From Deltaproteobacteria bacterium (GTDB taxonomy: Bacteria; Myxococcota_A; UBA9160; SMWR01), in contig JAQBGU010000188.1 in the NCBI GenBank assembly GCA_032128375.1, positions 107,458 to 171,457 on the forward strand: a stretch of DNA of 64,000 nucleotides, read 5' to 3'. This document shows, one piece after another, positions 53,526 to 63,347 of the stretch (the stretch's first letter is position 1; every line of letters begins with the position of its first letter). The notes under the pieces were generated by a model. It was not told where the DNA came from and searched no databases. It saw nothing but the letters and a program-made list of their open reading frames with translations. The position numbers were made by a program, and so were the translations under genes.

Positions 53526-55166
53526 TCAGCCAGAGCTGTGCTGCTTTGCAAAGAGCGGCTCGAGCTCCCGTTTGATCACCTTGGCCATCGCGTTTCGCGG
53601 AAGCGATTCCACGATCACGATCTGGTCCGGGACCTTGTAGGCTGCGAGCTGGCTCCGGCAGTGGGCTTCGAGTCCCTCGGGCGTGGGAGATTCGCCGGGT
53701 TCGGGTTCGACCGCGGCAACGACGCGCTCGCCGAGCCTCGGATGCGCGATACCGAGCACTGCGACGGCTGCAACGCGCGGGTCTTCCAAAATGACCCGTT
53801 CCACTTCCGCGGGGTACACATTGGCGCCCCCTCGCAGGATCAGCTCGTTGCGTCGGCCGCGGATGAACAGCGTGCCATCGGCTTCCATCAAGCCCAGGTC
53901 GCCTGTGTGATACACCCCTCCGCGGAGCGCCTCAGCACTCGCAGCGGGGCGGTTCCAGTACCCGAGCATCGGGGTGTAAATGCCGGCCCATTCTCCCGCA
54001 GGGGCCGGAGCTACGCAGATCTCGCCGACTTCTTCGGGCCCGAGTACGCGGTCCTCCTCATCCCGAATCTCGATCGCGACCTGGGGCAGAGCGACGCCGC
54101 ACAGGCCCGGTTTGGGCAGCGAGGAGCCAGGCGGGGTGCCTGCCGCCGATGTAACCGCAGTAGGTGCTTCCGTCATCCCATATCCGATCCCGACTTCACG
54201 GCCGTAACGTTCGCGGTAGAGATCGCGGAATGCCTGCGGACACTCAGCGCCTCCAACCATCGGGCTCACCAAACTCTCGAGATCATCCGGTTTCACGTTG
54301 GGGTGGGTCAACAGATCGTGGAGGATCGTCGGAACGCCGGCGAATGTCCCGACACGCTCCGTTCGAACCCACTCCGCCAGACCTTCCGGATCGATGCGGT
54401 CCATCGCGACACAGCAGCTACCGATCTGGAACGCCGCCAATGGCGACAGCACCATCAGATTCAAAATGGTCAGCGGCAGCACACATCCCTGACGCAGATC
54501 TGGCGCGTAGCGACCGGTGGCGGCAGACACCGCTCCGGGTAACATCATATTGTGTTGGCTGTGCACGGCGCCCTTCGGGAAGCCGGTGGTTCCACTCGTG
54601 TACGCGATCGCAGCCGGGCCATGGGGATCTATTTCGATCGTTGGGCAGCGCACCGCGTCTGCACCGGATTGGATCGCCTCCCATTCGCACGCAGAATGAT
54701 TCGGCTCGACATGGACGATCTCGCGCAGCGACCGCAATTCGGACTTCTGCGCGGCGATTTGCGCGGCGGTGTCGGGGGATGCGAGCAGTACCGCCGCGGT
54801 GCAATCCCGAAGCAGGTAGAGCTTCTCCGGGACTGCAAGCGGCCGGTTGATGCCGACCCAGATCGCGCCCAGACGCATCGCGGCCAGGAACGCTATGACG
54901 ATCTGAACATCGTTTCCCAGACACGCTGCCACGCGAACGCCAGCCTCTACACCGAGCGAGACCAGGCCACGCGCGGCACGGTCGACTGCCAGATCCAAGT
55001 CGACGTAGCTGAAGCGCCCGCTTCGACCAACGAGTGCCTCGGCGTCGGGATCCGCCGTCACCATCCGGTCGAGAACAGCTGCCAATGTCGCCGGAGCGCC
55101 GGGGATCGTCGGACGTCGTTCGGACCGCGCCAGACCGTGCGCCGCGTAGTCGAAACCAGCCGTCAT
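53526..55166 (-). CDS. AMP-binding acyl-CoA synthetase
   Basis: YTSGTTGFPKG, YGMTE, TGDLG, RGGANVYPAEVE and LAAYKVP. Confidence 0.93.
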   Translation of the reverse strand: MTAGFDYAAHGLARSERRPTIPGAPATLAAVLDRMVTADPDAEALVGRSGRFSYVDLDLAVDRAARGLVSLGVEAGVRVAACLGNDVQIVIAFLAAMRLGAIWVGINRPLAVPEKLYLLRDCTAAVLLASPDTAAQIAAQKSELRSLREIVHVEPNHSACEWEAIQSGADAVRCPTIEIDPHGPAAIAYTSGTTGFPKGAVHSQHNMMLPGAVSAATGRYAPDLRQGCVLPLTILNLMVLSPLAAFQIGSCCVAMDRIDPEGLAEWVRTERVGTFAGVPTILHDLLTHPNVKPDDLESLVSPMVGGAECPQAFRDLYRERYGREVGIGYGMTEAPTAVTSAAGTPPGSSLPKPGLCGVALPQVAIEIRDEEDRVLGPEEVGEICVAPAPAGEWAGIYTPMLGYWNRPAASAEALRGGVYHTGDLGLMEADGTLFIRGRRNELILRGGANVYPAEVERVILEDPRVAAVAVLGIAHPRLGERVVAAVEPEPGESPTPEGLEAHCRSQLAAYKVPDQIVIVESLPRNAMAKVIKRELEPLFAKQHSSG

Positions 55167-55182
55167 CCCGAACCTGTCCCAC

Positions 55183-56529
55183 TCATCGCCGAGACCTCGA
55201 ATGTACGCGCTCGACCGCGCTCGAAATCGCCCGCTCCAATGTATCGGCGAGCAGCTCGATTTCGGGCTCGCCGATCGTGAAGGCCGGACCGAGCACGATC
55301 ACATCCGGCGCCGGGCCGCTGCCTCCGGGATAAAAGAACGCACCTAGCTCGAGCCCGGCTGCGATCACTTTGCCGGTGAGTCCGGCCTCTTTCGGAAAGG
55401 GAGTCCCGGTATTGCGATCCTCGACCAGCTCGATCCCCAGCAGCAACCCGCGGCCGCGAATTTCCGCCACATTCGGGTGATCGGTCAGCTTTCCCAGACG
55501 ATCGCGCAATTTCTTCCCCATGGTCGCGGCGCGCTCGACCAGCTGTTCGCGTTCCAAGATGTCGAGGACCGTGTCAGCCGCCGCACAAGCGCCTGCGTGC
55601 GCTGAGTAGGTAAAGAACATCAGTTCGTCGCCCGCGGCCGCGATGGGCGCAATCACCTCCTCACGGGTAAACATCCCGCAGATCGGCGCGTAGCCGCCTG
55701 CCAATCCCTTGCCGCTGACCAGGACATCCGGAACCACGCCCCAATGCTCCAGCGCGAAGCGCTTACCGGTGCGGCCGAAGCCAGTCATGACTTCGTCGAG
55801 TATCAACAGAATCCCGCGCTCGCGACAGATCTCCGAAATGCGAGGCCAATAGTCGTCCGGCGGAGTCACCGCGCCGATCGTCGACCCTGAAATCGGCTCT
55901 GCGACGAACGCAGCGACACTTTCTGAACCCGCCTCCTCGATGAGCCGATCGAGATCTTCGGCGCACGCGAGCGCGCAGCTCGGATAGGTCTTGCCGAGCG
56001 GACAGTGAGTGCAAAAGCACGCCGGCGCTTTCGGAAGTTCGGGCAGCCACGGCTCGAAGGGCGCACGCCGCTTTTCGTGCGCGCCGATCCCCAATGTTGC
56101 GAGTGTCGCGCCGTGATAAGAAAGACCGCGACCGATCACCTTCCATCGCTCGGGCTGCCCCGACGATACGAAATGCTGACGCACCAGCCGAATCGCGGCA
56201 TCCATCGCTTCCGATCCGCCACTGGTGAAGGCCACCCGCGACAACTGCTCGGGTAGCCAGTTCCTTCGGAGTCGATCAACCAATCGAACGCGATCGGGTG
56301 TCGCAAATGGCGGAATCGCGTAACTCATCTCGGTAGCTGCGCGCGCGTACGCTGCACCCACCTCCGCGCGACCGTGGCCGATGTTCGAGACGATCGCGCC
56401 GCCAGCCGCATCGAGAATCCGCTTGCCATCGGGCGTAATCAGGTAGGCGCCCTCCGCACGCTCGATCGCAAAGGGTTGCGCGCCCGCTTGCGAGATGAAC
56501 GAGTATGCGCGCGTTTCTTCGGCTTTCAT
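55183..56529 (-). CDS. Class III PLP aminotransferase
   Basis: SGGSEA, SYHGAT, AEPI, DEVMTGFGRTG and GKGLAGGY. Confidence 0.93.
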   Translation of the reverse strand: MKAEETRAYSFISQAGAQPFAIERAEGAYLITPDGKRILDAAGGAIVSNIGHGRAEVGAAYARAATEMSYAIPPFATPDRVRLVDRLRRNWLPEQLSRVAFTSGGSEAMDAAIRLVRQHFVSSGQPERWKVIGRGLSYHGATLATLGIGAHEKRRAPFEPWLPELPKAPACFCTHCPLGKTYPSCALACAEDLDRLIEEAGSESVAAFVAEPISGSTIGAVTPPDDYWPRISEICRERGILLILDEVMTGFGRTGKRFALEHWGVVPDVLVSGKGLAGGYAPICGMFTREEVIAPIAAAGDELMFFTYSAHAGACAAADTVLDILEREQLVERAATMGKKLRDRLGKLTDHPNVAEIRGRGLLLGIELVEDRNTGTPFPKEAGLTGKVIAAGLELGAFFYPGGSGPAPDVIVLGPAFTIGEPEIELLADTLERAISSAVERVHSRSRR

Positions 56530-56543
56530 CGGCGGCTCCCGGT

Positions 56544-57407
56544 TCAGAATCTTGCGATGATTCCGTTCGCGTATTGCTCGAGTGCGTCCCGTTTTTGTGC
56601 CACGCTGGTGCCCGGGCCGATCGTGAAATCCAACGGATAGCTGATCATCGCGGTCACGCCGAGGTCTTCGAAGCGCCTCCACTGGTCGAAGTCCGGCGGG
56701 CTCGTCAATGCCATGATCACTTCGAAATCCCCGCTATCGCAACTCTGTTCGATTCGGAAGGCCTTCAGCCGCGAGACGATGCCTGCGACCTGCTCCGGAT
56801 CGCAGCCGTTGCTGAACCAACCGTCGTTGCGGGCTGCGCGTCGCAGCGCCGCATCGCTGGCACCGCCGATGTAGATCGGGATCGGGGTCTTGGGCGCCGG
56901 GCTCATCGTGACACGCGGTACCGAATAGTGTTGGCCCGCGTAGTCGAAAGTCTCGCCCGTCCATGCGCGTCGCAGAATATCGATGCACTCGTCCATCCTC
57001 TCGCCACGCGTATGGAAATCCTTTCCGAGAATCTCGAACTCCTCTTTCATCCAGCCGATGCCCGCGCCGAGCGCCGTGCGTCCCTGGGAGAGCACCGATG
57101 CGCTTCCGATCGACTTCGCGATCTCGAGCGGGTGGCGAAGCGGCGCGATGTAGACGCCAGTCGTAAAGTGCAACCGCCGTGTTGCCGTCGCCATCGCGGC
57201 GATCGCGACCCACGGGTCCGGCCACTGTGTCTGCGCATCGAACATTGGGCGCCCGTCCGCCGCATACGGATAGTTTGGTTCGAAACTCTCGGGGTGAACT
57301 ACGTGATCGGATACGAAGACCCCGTGAAAACCGACTGCTTCGCATATCTCCGCGAGATCGACCAGTTGATCGATCTCTGCGAAGGTGAGTGCTTGCCAGA
57401 ACTTCAT
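56544..57407 (-). CDS. LLM-class (probable F420-dependent) oxidoreductase
   Basis: SDHVV, DPWV, GAGIGWM.EEF and PIYIGG.S.AALRRAA. Confidence 0.85.
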   Translation of the reverse strand: MKFWQALTFAEIDQLVDLAEICEAVGFHGVFVSDHVVHPESFEPNYPYAADGRPMFDAQTQWPDPWVAIAAMATATRRLHFTTGVYIAPLRHPLEIAKSIGSASVLSQGRTALGAGIGWMKEEFEILGKDFHTRGERMDECIDILRRAWTGETFDYAGQHYSVPRVTMSPAPKTPIPIYIGGASDAALRRAARNDGWFSNGCDPEQVAGIVSRLKAFRIEQSCDSGDFEVIMALTSPPDFDQWRRFEDLGVTAMISYPLDFTIGPGTSVAQKRDALEQYANGIIARF

Positions 57408-57434
57408 CGGAGATCCCTCTCGCATTCGCTGTCG

Positions 57435-58223
57435 CTAGATCGCGTGTGATTTCACCAGAGTGCCGCCGTCGACCACCATGATGTGCCCAGTGGTGAATGA
57501 CGAGCGGTCCGAACACAGCCACACGACGGCTTCGGCTATTTCCTCGGGCGTCCCGAGGCGCTTCATCGCGTGCGCATTGACGGTCCGCTCGCGGACCTCG
57601 GGCGCGCGCCTCAAATAATCAGTCATCCCATCAGTTGCAATGCCACCCGGACAAACCACATTGATCCGAATACCCTGCTCCGCGTACTCCGACGCGGCGG
57701 ATTTGGAGAGTGCGATCACCCCGCCCTTGGCTGCGCTGTAGGCAGACAAGAACGCTTCCCCCTTCATTCCGGACACCGAACCGATATTGACGATAGAGCC
57801 GCCGCCAGACTTCAGTATCGCGGGGATCTCCGACCGCATGCACAACCAGACCCCTTTCAGCGTCACCGCCATCGTCTGATCCCATGTCCTTTCATCGAGG
57901 TCGGCCATGCGCGCGTAGCCGCCTCCGGCCGCGGCGTTGTTCGACACACAATGCAACCCTCCGAACTCGGCAACTGTGCGATCGACCATCGCCTGGACTT
58001 CGCTCGGTCGGCTGACATCGGTCTCGATGAAGATCGCTTCGCCGCCGAATTTGGCGATCTCGGCCACGGTCGTCTCGCCGGCGTGGCGCTCGCGATCGGC
58101 CACCGCCAGCTTGGCACCTTCCTGCGCGAACAGCAGCGCGGTCGCGCGGCCGATCCCCGCGCCTCCTCCGGTCACGATTCCCACCTTCCCATCCAGCAGT
58201 CCCACGGCACGCGTCCCTGTCAT
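57435..58223 (-). CDS. Short-chain dehydrogenase/reductase
   Basis: TGGGAGIG, NNA, YSAAK and CPG...VDGG. Confidence 0.94.
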   Translation of the reverse strand: MTGTRAVGLLDGKVGIVTGGGAGIGRATALLFAQEGAKLAVADRERHAGETTVAEIAKFGGEAIFIETDVSRPSEVQAMVDRTVAEFGGLHCVSNNAAAGGGYARMADLDERTWDQTMAVTLKGVWLCMRSEIPAILKSGGGSIVNIGSVSGMKGEAFLSAYSAAKGGVIALSKSAASEYAEQGIRINVVCPGGIATDGMTDYLRRAPEVRERTVNAHAMKRLGTPEEIAEAVVWLCSDRSSFTTGHIMVVDGGTLVKSHAI

Positions 58224-58240
58224 TTTCGAGAGGCTTTCTT

Positions 58241-58279
58241 TCAAATGTCGATCAAATGTCGATCAGATGTTGATCAGAT
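58241..58279. repeat. 11-bp direct repeats TCARATGTYGA, about 3.5 copies
   Basis: tcaaatgtcga-tcaaatgtcga-tcagatgttga-tcagat in a divergent intergenic region. Confidence 0.85.
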
Positions 58280-58404
58280 TTCGTTCCGGTCATCTCGCCG
58301 CGCCGACAATGTATCGCTACGACTGCCGGGCCCGTTGGGAAAACAGCATACCGGTTGCGACCCAAATTCGGGCTAACCTGGGCGCGGACCGGGGGGAGCT
58401 GCGC

Positions 58405-60276
58405 ATGTCGAGGCAAGCGTTCCGCCAGGCGATCGCGCGTTGCGGCGCGATCGCTCTGATGATCGCAGTCACGGGATGCATTCGCGAAACCGAGCCGGAC
58501 TTGGAAACCAAGGCGCGGCACGTTGACGCGGGGCCCGCGCCGGTGATCACGGCGGGTGGGAGTCGGTCCTTCGTCAGTTTCTCGCACAGCTGTGCGATCA
58601 TCGACGACGGCGTTCAATGCTGGGGGGCCAATGGAAACGGCCAACTCGGCGACGGCTTCGTGGCACTTCGTGTGCCGGTCCCATCGCGCGTCGCCGCGCT
58701 CGGCCGAGGGGTCACGGCCATTGCGGCGGGCGGCGCGCACACCTGCGCGATCCGATCCGGCAGCGTCCTGTGCTGGGGCAAGAACGATCGCCGCCAGATC
58801 GCGACGCTGCAGCCGTCTGTGTTTCCCGAACCGACCCAGATCTCTGGCCTGCCCGAACCGGTGACCCGCATCGCCGCAGGCGAGCAACATTCATGCGCGA
58901 TCGCCCGCGGAGAACTCTACTGTTGGGGCCACGCTACCGAAGGAGAACTCGGAAAGGTCCTTGGTGAGAGATGCGGTGGATATCGCGCGGCAGAAATCTG
59001 CAGCACAACACCCATTCGCGTCATGGGGTTCGTTGGAAGTGTCACTCATGTTGCGCTCGGTAGTCATCACAGCTGCGCGATCGCCGATGCACAGATCTAC
59101 TGCTGGGGGCGCAACGATCGGGGGCAGCTAGGGGTTGCGAACCGAATAGCGCCAGATCAGCTGAGCTACCGGCCACTGAAACTCGACCATTCCGGCCCTG
59201 CGACGGCAATCTCAGCCGGCGAAGCCCACACCTGTGCTGTGATCGCAGCACGCATATCGTGCTGGGGTGCGGGCGACGACGGTCAACTCGGCGACGGCTC
59301 GACGCAAGATCGCCATGCGCCCGTCTCCGTCGCCGGACTCGATTCCGAATCGACGCACATCAGCGTCGGAGCACGACACAGCTGCGCGATCGCGGCGGCC
59401 CAGGTGTACTGCTGGGGCTCGAACAGCGATGGACAACTCGGCACGATGGGCGCCGGAACTGCAGAGCCGATCGCCATTGCTGGCCTCGCCACTGGAATCA
59501 CCTCACTCGCATCCGGGGCAGACCACAGCTGCGCGGTCCACACCGATGGTGAAGTGTCATGCTGGGGCGCCAACGACTTCGGACAACTCGGCAACGGCGA
59601 ATCGGCTCGCTCGGCATTGCCGACGAAGCTGGCGCCGTGGGACCGCGGTAGCGTTCGAGACCGCAACGGCGACGGCCGAATCAGGGTTGTTTGCCTGGGC
59701 GATTCCAATACCCAACGCGACTTCCTGCTCGAGCGGACCTGGTGCGAGCGACTCGATACCCTGCTGGACGAATCGTCGAAATCTCGATCTCCGGCCCAGT
59801 CTCCAGCTGACCGGGCGGCCCAACCAGCAGCCTGGGAAACGCTCAACCGCGGCTGGAGCGGAGCGACGGCGATATCGTTGCCCTCCATGCGACGCGCCGA
59901 GGAGCAGCTCGCCTACACACTGGAGTTCGACGCGCCCGACGTGGTGATTCTCGCGTACGGGACTAACGACTTCTTGCAGGGCGCGACTCCAGAAGACGTG
60001 TTGCTCGCGTCTTTTCGGCATTTGCTGCGCGCCCGAGAGTCGGGCGTAGATACGTTCATCGCGCTGGTCCCACCAGCACTGAACCAATCCGCTGAGTTCG
60101 ATGAAAAAGTGAAAATGACCAACGATCTGATCCGCCGGGCCATGCGCGCGGATCGGGTCATCGACTTCGCGTCGGGCCTGACGCCCGACGACTACATGGA
60201 CGACGTCCACTTCAACCATGCCGGCCACATCGGGCGGGCAAGCGCCGCGCTGGCTGCGCTGCGCCCGACGCCGTAG
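58405..60276 (+). CDS. Lipoprotein with RCC1/BLIP-II repeats fused to a C-terminal SGNH hydrolase
   Basis: Lipobox VTGC; about 7 repeats of HS/TCA...CWG.N..GQLG; LGDSNT, YGTND and DDVH. Confidence 0.85.
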   Translation: MSRQAFRQAIARCGAIALMIAVTGCIRETEPDLETKARHVDAGPAPVITAGGSRSFVSFSHSCAIIDDGVQCWGANGNGQLGDGFVALRVPVPSRVAALGRGVTAIAAGGAHTCAIRSGSVLCWGKNDRRQIATLQPSVFPEPTQISGLPEPVTRIAAGEQHSCAIARGELYCWGHATEGELGKVLGERCGGYRAAEICSTTPIRVMGFVGSVTHVALGSHHSCAIADAQIYCWGRNDRGQLGVANRIAPDQLSYRPLKLDHSGPATAISAGEAHTCAVIAARISCWGAGDDGQLGDGSTQDRHAPVSVAGLDSESTHISVGARHSCAIAAAQVYCWGSNSDGQLGTMGAGTAEPIAIAGLATGITSLASGADHSCAVHTDGEVSCWGANDFGQLGNGESARSALPTKLAPWDRGSVRDRNGDGRIRVVCLGDSNTQRDFLLERTWCERLDTLLDESSKSRSPAQSPADRAAQPAAWETLNRGWSGATAISLPSMRRAEEQLAYTLEFDAPDVVILAYGTNDFLQGATPEDVLLASFRHLLRARESGVDTFIALVPPALNQSAEFDEKVKMTNDLIRRAMRADRVIDFASGLTPDDYMDDVHFNHAGHIGRASAALAALRPTP

Positions 60277-60286
60277 GCCGCGGGTC

Positions 60287-61909
60287 GTGGAGATCGAGTC
60301 GCAGTCGCAGCAAGGCGCAGCTTCCGTCTCCCCCGTCGCGGTGTCGATTTTGTTCGCCATGTGCGTCCCCATCATGCTGTTCCAACTCGGCGGCTACGGC
60401 CTGGTCTCGGGTGACGAGGCCTTCTATCACGGCGTCGCCGAGAGCATGGTCGAAACCGGCAACTGGCTTTCGATCGATTTCCGTGGAGAACACCGCCCGT
60501 ACGACACCTTCATGAACGCACCGCTCCAGTACTGGCTTCGTGCGGGATTCATTGAAATATTCGGAAGTAGCTACTGGACGATGCGCATCGCATCGGCGTC
60601 CTTTGGTGTGGCGTGTGTGTTGATGACGTATTGGATGCTGCTTCCGGTCGCGGGCGGTCGGGCGGCGCTATTGGCCGGCTTGATTTTGCTCACCACGTTT
60701 CAGTTCGTCTACCTCCACTCGGCGCGATCCGGAGTGGTCGAAACCACGTTGGCGTTTCTGTACGCGCTGACCGCACACCTGTTCATGGCTGCGATTCGGG
60801 GACGGCGCGGCTTTCTCGCCCACCACCTGTGCATCGCCGCGTTGCTGAACCTGAAGCTCCCCGTTGCGCTCATCCCGCTGATCGCCGAGCTGGCCTATTT
60901 TGCGATCGATCGCAATGCGCGTCGATGCATCCCGAAGTGGTTGCTTTCGGGAATCGCCATCGCGCCGCTCGCGCTGGGCTGGCATCTCTATCAGGCTTTC
61001 GCACTCGACCAGCCAGCCACGGCGGTGCTGAGCCGGATGCTGAGCCAAGGATCGGGCGATCTCGGATTCCTGGCGACGCGGGCTCGCAACCTGATTTTCT
61101 ACGCGGGCACATTGCTGTACGGAACATTTCCATACGCACTTCTGTACCCATGGGCAATCTGGACCACACTTCGCCCCCGCAACGAGGGGGCGAAGCGAAG
61201 CGCTACGACCGACGATTGGCGCTTGTTTGCACTGTTCGCGGGCTGCGTGTTCGCCTTTTTCCTGGCGATCGGGAAGCGCAGCGGTTGGTATCTGATCCCG
61301 GCCCTTCCGTTCCTTTCGGCCTTTCTCGGCGCACGACTCGCGCGATCGATGGAAGTCGGGTTGGGCCCCGGCGCGCGACTCGGATTGGCAAGCGTCGTTG
61401 CGTTGTTGATCTGGGTCAACGTCGGTCTGGGAGTCGTCAACCCGTTTGACCCCTTCATAGCGAGTTCCAGCGCGGCGGCTCGATTCTTCTCCTTTGGCAA
61501 CGTAGAGGCGTGGCCGGGACTGCCGCTGACGATCGTGACGTTCACCTGGTTGGTTGGGCGGTTCGCACGGGGCGATGCCGGCCAACGGGGGGTCGCGACG
61601 GCGCTGGTGTTGGTCTCGATCGGATATGCGACGCTGCGGGTCGCACTTCCGATTGCGGACACCGACTATGCAAGCTCCACCGAAATGATCTGGCGCGATC
61701 TCGCGACAATGCGCATGGTGGATTTTCCCGTTGAGTTCCCGGTCGAGGTACCGCAGGGATCCGCGATCAGCGCCAAGACCCGATTCTACTTTTCCGACGA
61801 CTACGACATCGTGCCGCGCGAGGCGGGTCGGCCTGGAGCGGCGATCGGCTATTTTCTGTATGCCAAGGGCGAGGCTCCGACACCGGGTGGCAATGATGCC
61901 GATCGCTGA
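60287..61909 (+). CDS. ArnT-family (GT83-like) glycosyltransferase
   Basis: GDEAFY, ETGNW, NAPLQYW, MRIAS, LK and YLIP motifs; polytopic. Start uncertain. Confidence 0.82.
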   Translation: MEIESQSQQGAASVSPVAVSILFAMCVPIMLFQLGGYGLVSGDEAFYHGVAESMVETGNWLSIDFRGEHRPYDTFMNAPLQYWLRAGFIEIFGSSYWTMRIASASFGVACVLMTYWMLLPVAGGRAALLAGLILLTTFQFVYLHSARSGVVETTLAFLYALTAHLFMAAIRGRRGFLAHHLCIAALLNLKLPVALIPLIAELAYFAIDRNARRCIPKWLLSGIAIAPLALGWHLYQAFALDQPATAVLSRMLSQGSGDLGFLATRARNLIFYAGTLLYGTFPYALLYPWAIWTTLRPRNEGAKRSATTDDWRLFALFAGCVFAFFLAIGKRSGWYLIPALPFLSAFLGARLARSMEVGLGPGARLGLASVVALLIWVNVGLGVVNPFDPFIASSSAAARFFSFGNVEAWPGLPLTIVTFTWLVGRFARGDAGQRGVATALVLVSIGYATLRVALPIADTDYASSTEMIWRDLATMRMVDFPVEFPVEVPQGSAISAKTRFYFSDDYDIVPREAGRPGAAIGYFLYAKGEAPTPGGNDADR

Positions 61910-61923
61910 GATCGAATGAGACA

Positions 61924-63279
61924 ATGAGCCAGCTCAAGGGTCTCGTCGCAGCGCTTGCCGCGCTGCTCGTGCTGATCGGAATCACGCAGTTGTTCTCGCT
62001 GGGCACGCCTGCCCCGCGCGCGCCAAGCGTACTGTTCATTCTGGTCGATACACTGCGCGCCGACCACATTTCGGCTTACGGTTATCCGAGACTGACTTCG
62101 CCCGCGATCGACGCGCTGGCACTGGACTCTGTGGTTTTTTCCGACGCGGTCAGTCAAGCACCGGTCACAATCCCGTCTGTTCTGCAGATCCTCACCGGCC
62201 AGCTGCTGATCGGGAAGTCGATCCCGACGTCGACGCCCACGCTCGCCCAGATTTTTCAAAACGCCGGCTACTCGACCATGGCCGTCGTCGACAACCCGAT
62301 TCTGGAATCGCGGGAGACCGGAATCGAAGTGGGATTCGATTCGTTCTTTACCAACGCGGTTGTCGACGAGCGACTCGACCAACAGCACTACAAGACCAAT
62401 ACACCGGCGGATGTGATTACCCAGCGAGCGATTCGCTGGCTCGAGGATCGCTCCGACAGCCGCCCTTTCTTCACCTGGCTGCACTACTTCGACCCCCACG
62501 ACCCCTACTCGCCACCCTACCCGCAAGATTCACCGTTCCTGCAAGCGAGCGATTCGGGGCGTCCGGAGTCGATGCAGGTCGGCGACATTCGCCGCAGCCC
62601 GCTCGCACAGCAGAAACGCCCGCCGGACGCGCCGCCCATTTCGGCCCGGCAGCGTGCGCGAGTGATCGATCTTTACGATTCGGAAATCCGCTACCTGGAC
62701 CGGTCGCTCGGAGACCTGTTCGAGTATCTGAAACTCGCCGGTCTGTACGACGAGACCTTGATTGTTCTCACGTCAGACCACGGAGAGGCGTTTGGAGAAC
62801 ACGGCGAATGGATGCACGGCCGTTCCCTTCACCGCAACCAGCTCCATGTGCCATTGTTGATCAAACTGCCTCAATCCGAACCGCGACAGCGCAAGGTGGA
62901 TACTCCCGTGCAATTGATCGATCTGGCTCCAACGCTGTGTGCCTATCTGCGCATCGACTGCGGCTCGGCTGCCCGCGATCGAAACATCCTCGAGCACAGC
63001 TACACCGATACCTTTGCATTGTGGAATTTCTGGATCGCGGTTCGCGATGAAAGTTGGAAACTCATCTATCACACAACTACACGAGACGCGCAGCTGTACG
63101 ACCTGGCGAGCGACCCGACAGAGCAGCGCGACCGCGCGCAATCAGAGCCGGAGACACTGGCCAGGATGCTGGCGAAGAAGGACGAACTGCTCGAGTCCAG
63201 CTGGAAACACCATGAGGCCGTTCTCGAGCAGAGCATCCAACAGGCGGAACAGCTCAAAGAACTCGGCTACCTGCAGTAA
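61924..63279 (+). CDS. Sulfatase/alkaline-phosphatase-superfamily protein
   Basis: [30 protein letters not shown] and DLAPT. Confidence 0.88.
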   Translation: MSQLKGLVAALAALLVLIGITQLFSLGTPAPRAPSVLFILVDTLRADHISAYGYPRLTSPAIDALALDSVVFSDAVSQAPVTIPSVLQILTGQLLIGKSIPTSTPTLAQIFQNAGYSTMAVVDNPILESRETGIEVGFDSFFTNAVVDERLDQQHYKTNTPADVITQRAIRWLEDRSDSRPFFTWLHYFDPHDPYSPPYPQDSPFLQASDSGRPESMQVGDIRRSPLAQQKRPPDAPPISARQRARVIDLYDSEIRYLDRSLGDLFEYLKLAGLYDETLIVLTSDHGEAFGEHGEWMHGRSLHRNQLHVPLLIKLPQSEPRQRKVDTPVQLIDLAPTLCAYLRIDCGSAARDRNILEHSYTDTFALWNFWIAVRDESWKLIYHTTTRDAQLYDLASDPTEQRDRAQSEPETLARMLAKKDELLESSWKHHEAVLEQSIQQAEQLKELGYLQ

Positions 63280-63347
63280 CCGGCTGGCGACTGGCGGGCC
63301 ACCGCATGTCGAGCGATCATCGGCGCCTTTCCCCCTCGCTGGATCCC

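Noticed and set aside
57937..58404. 156-aa N-terminal extension of the RCC1 protein given by the ORF track
   Set aside because: It overlaps the SDR antisense; ATG 58405 with a GGAG SD and lipoprotein signal is the better start.
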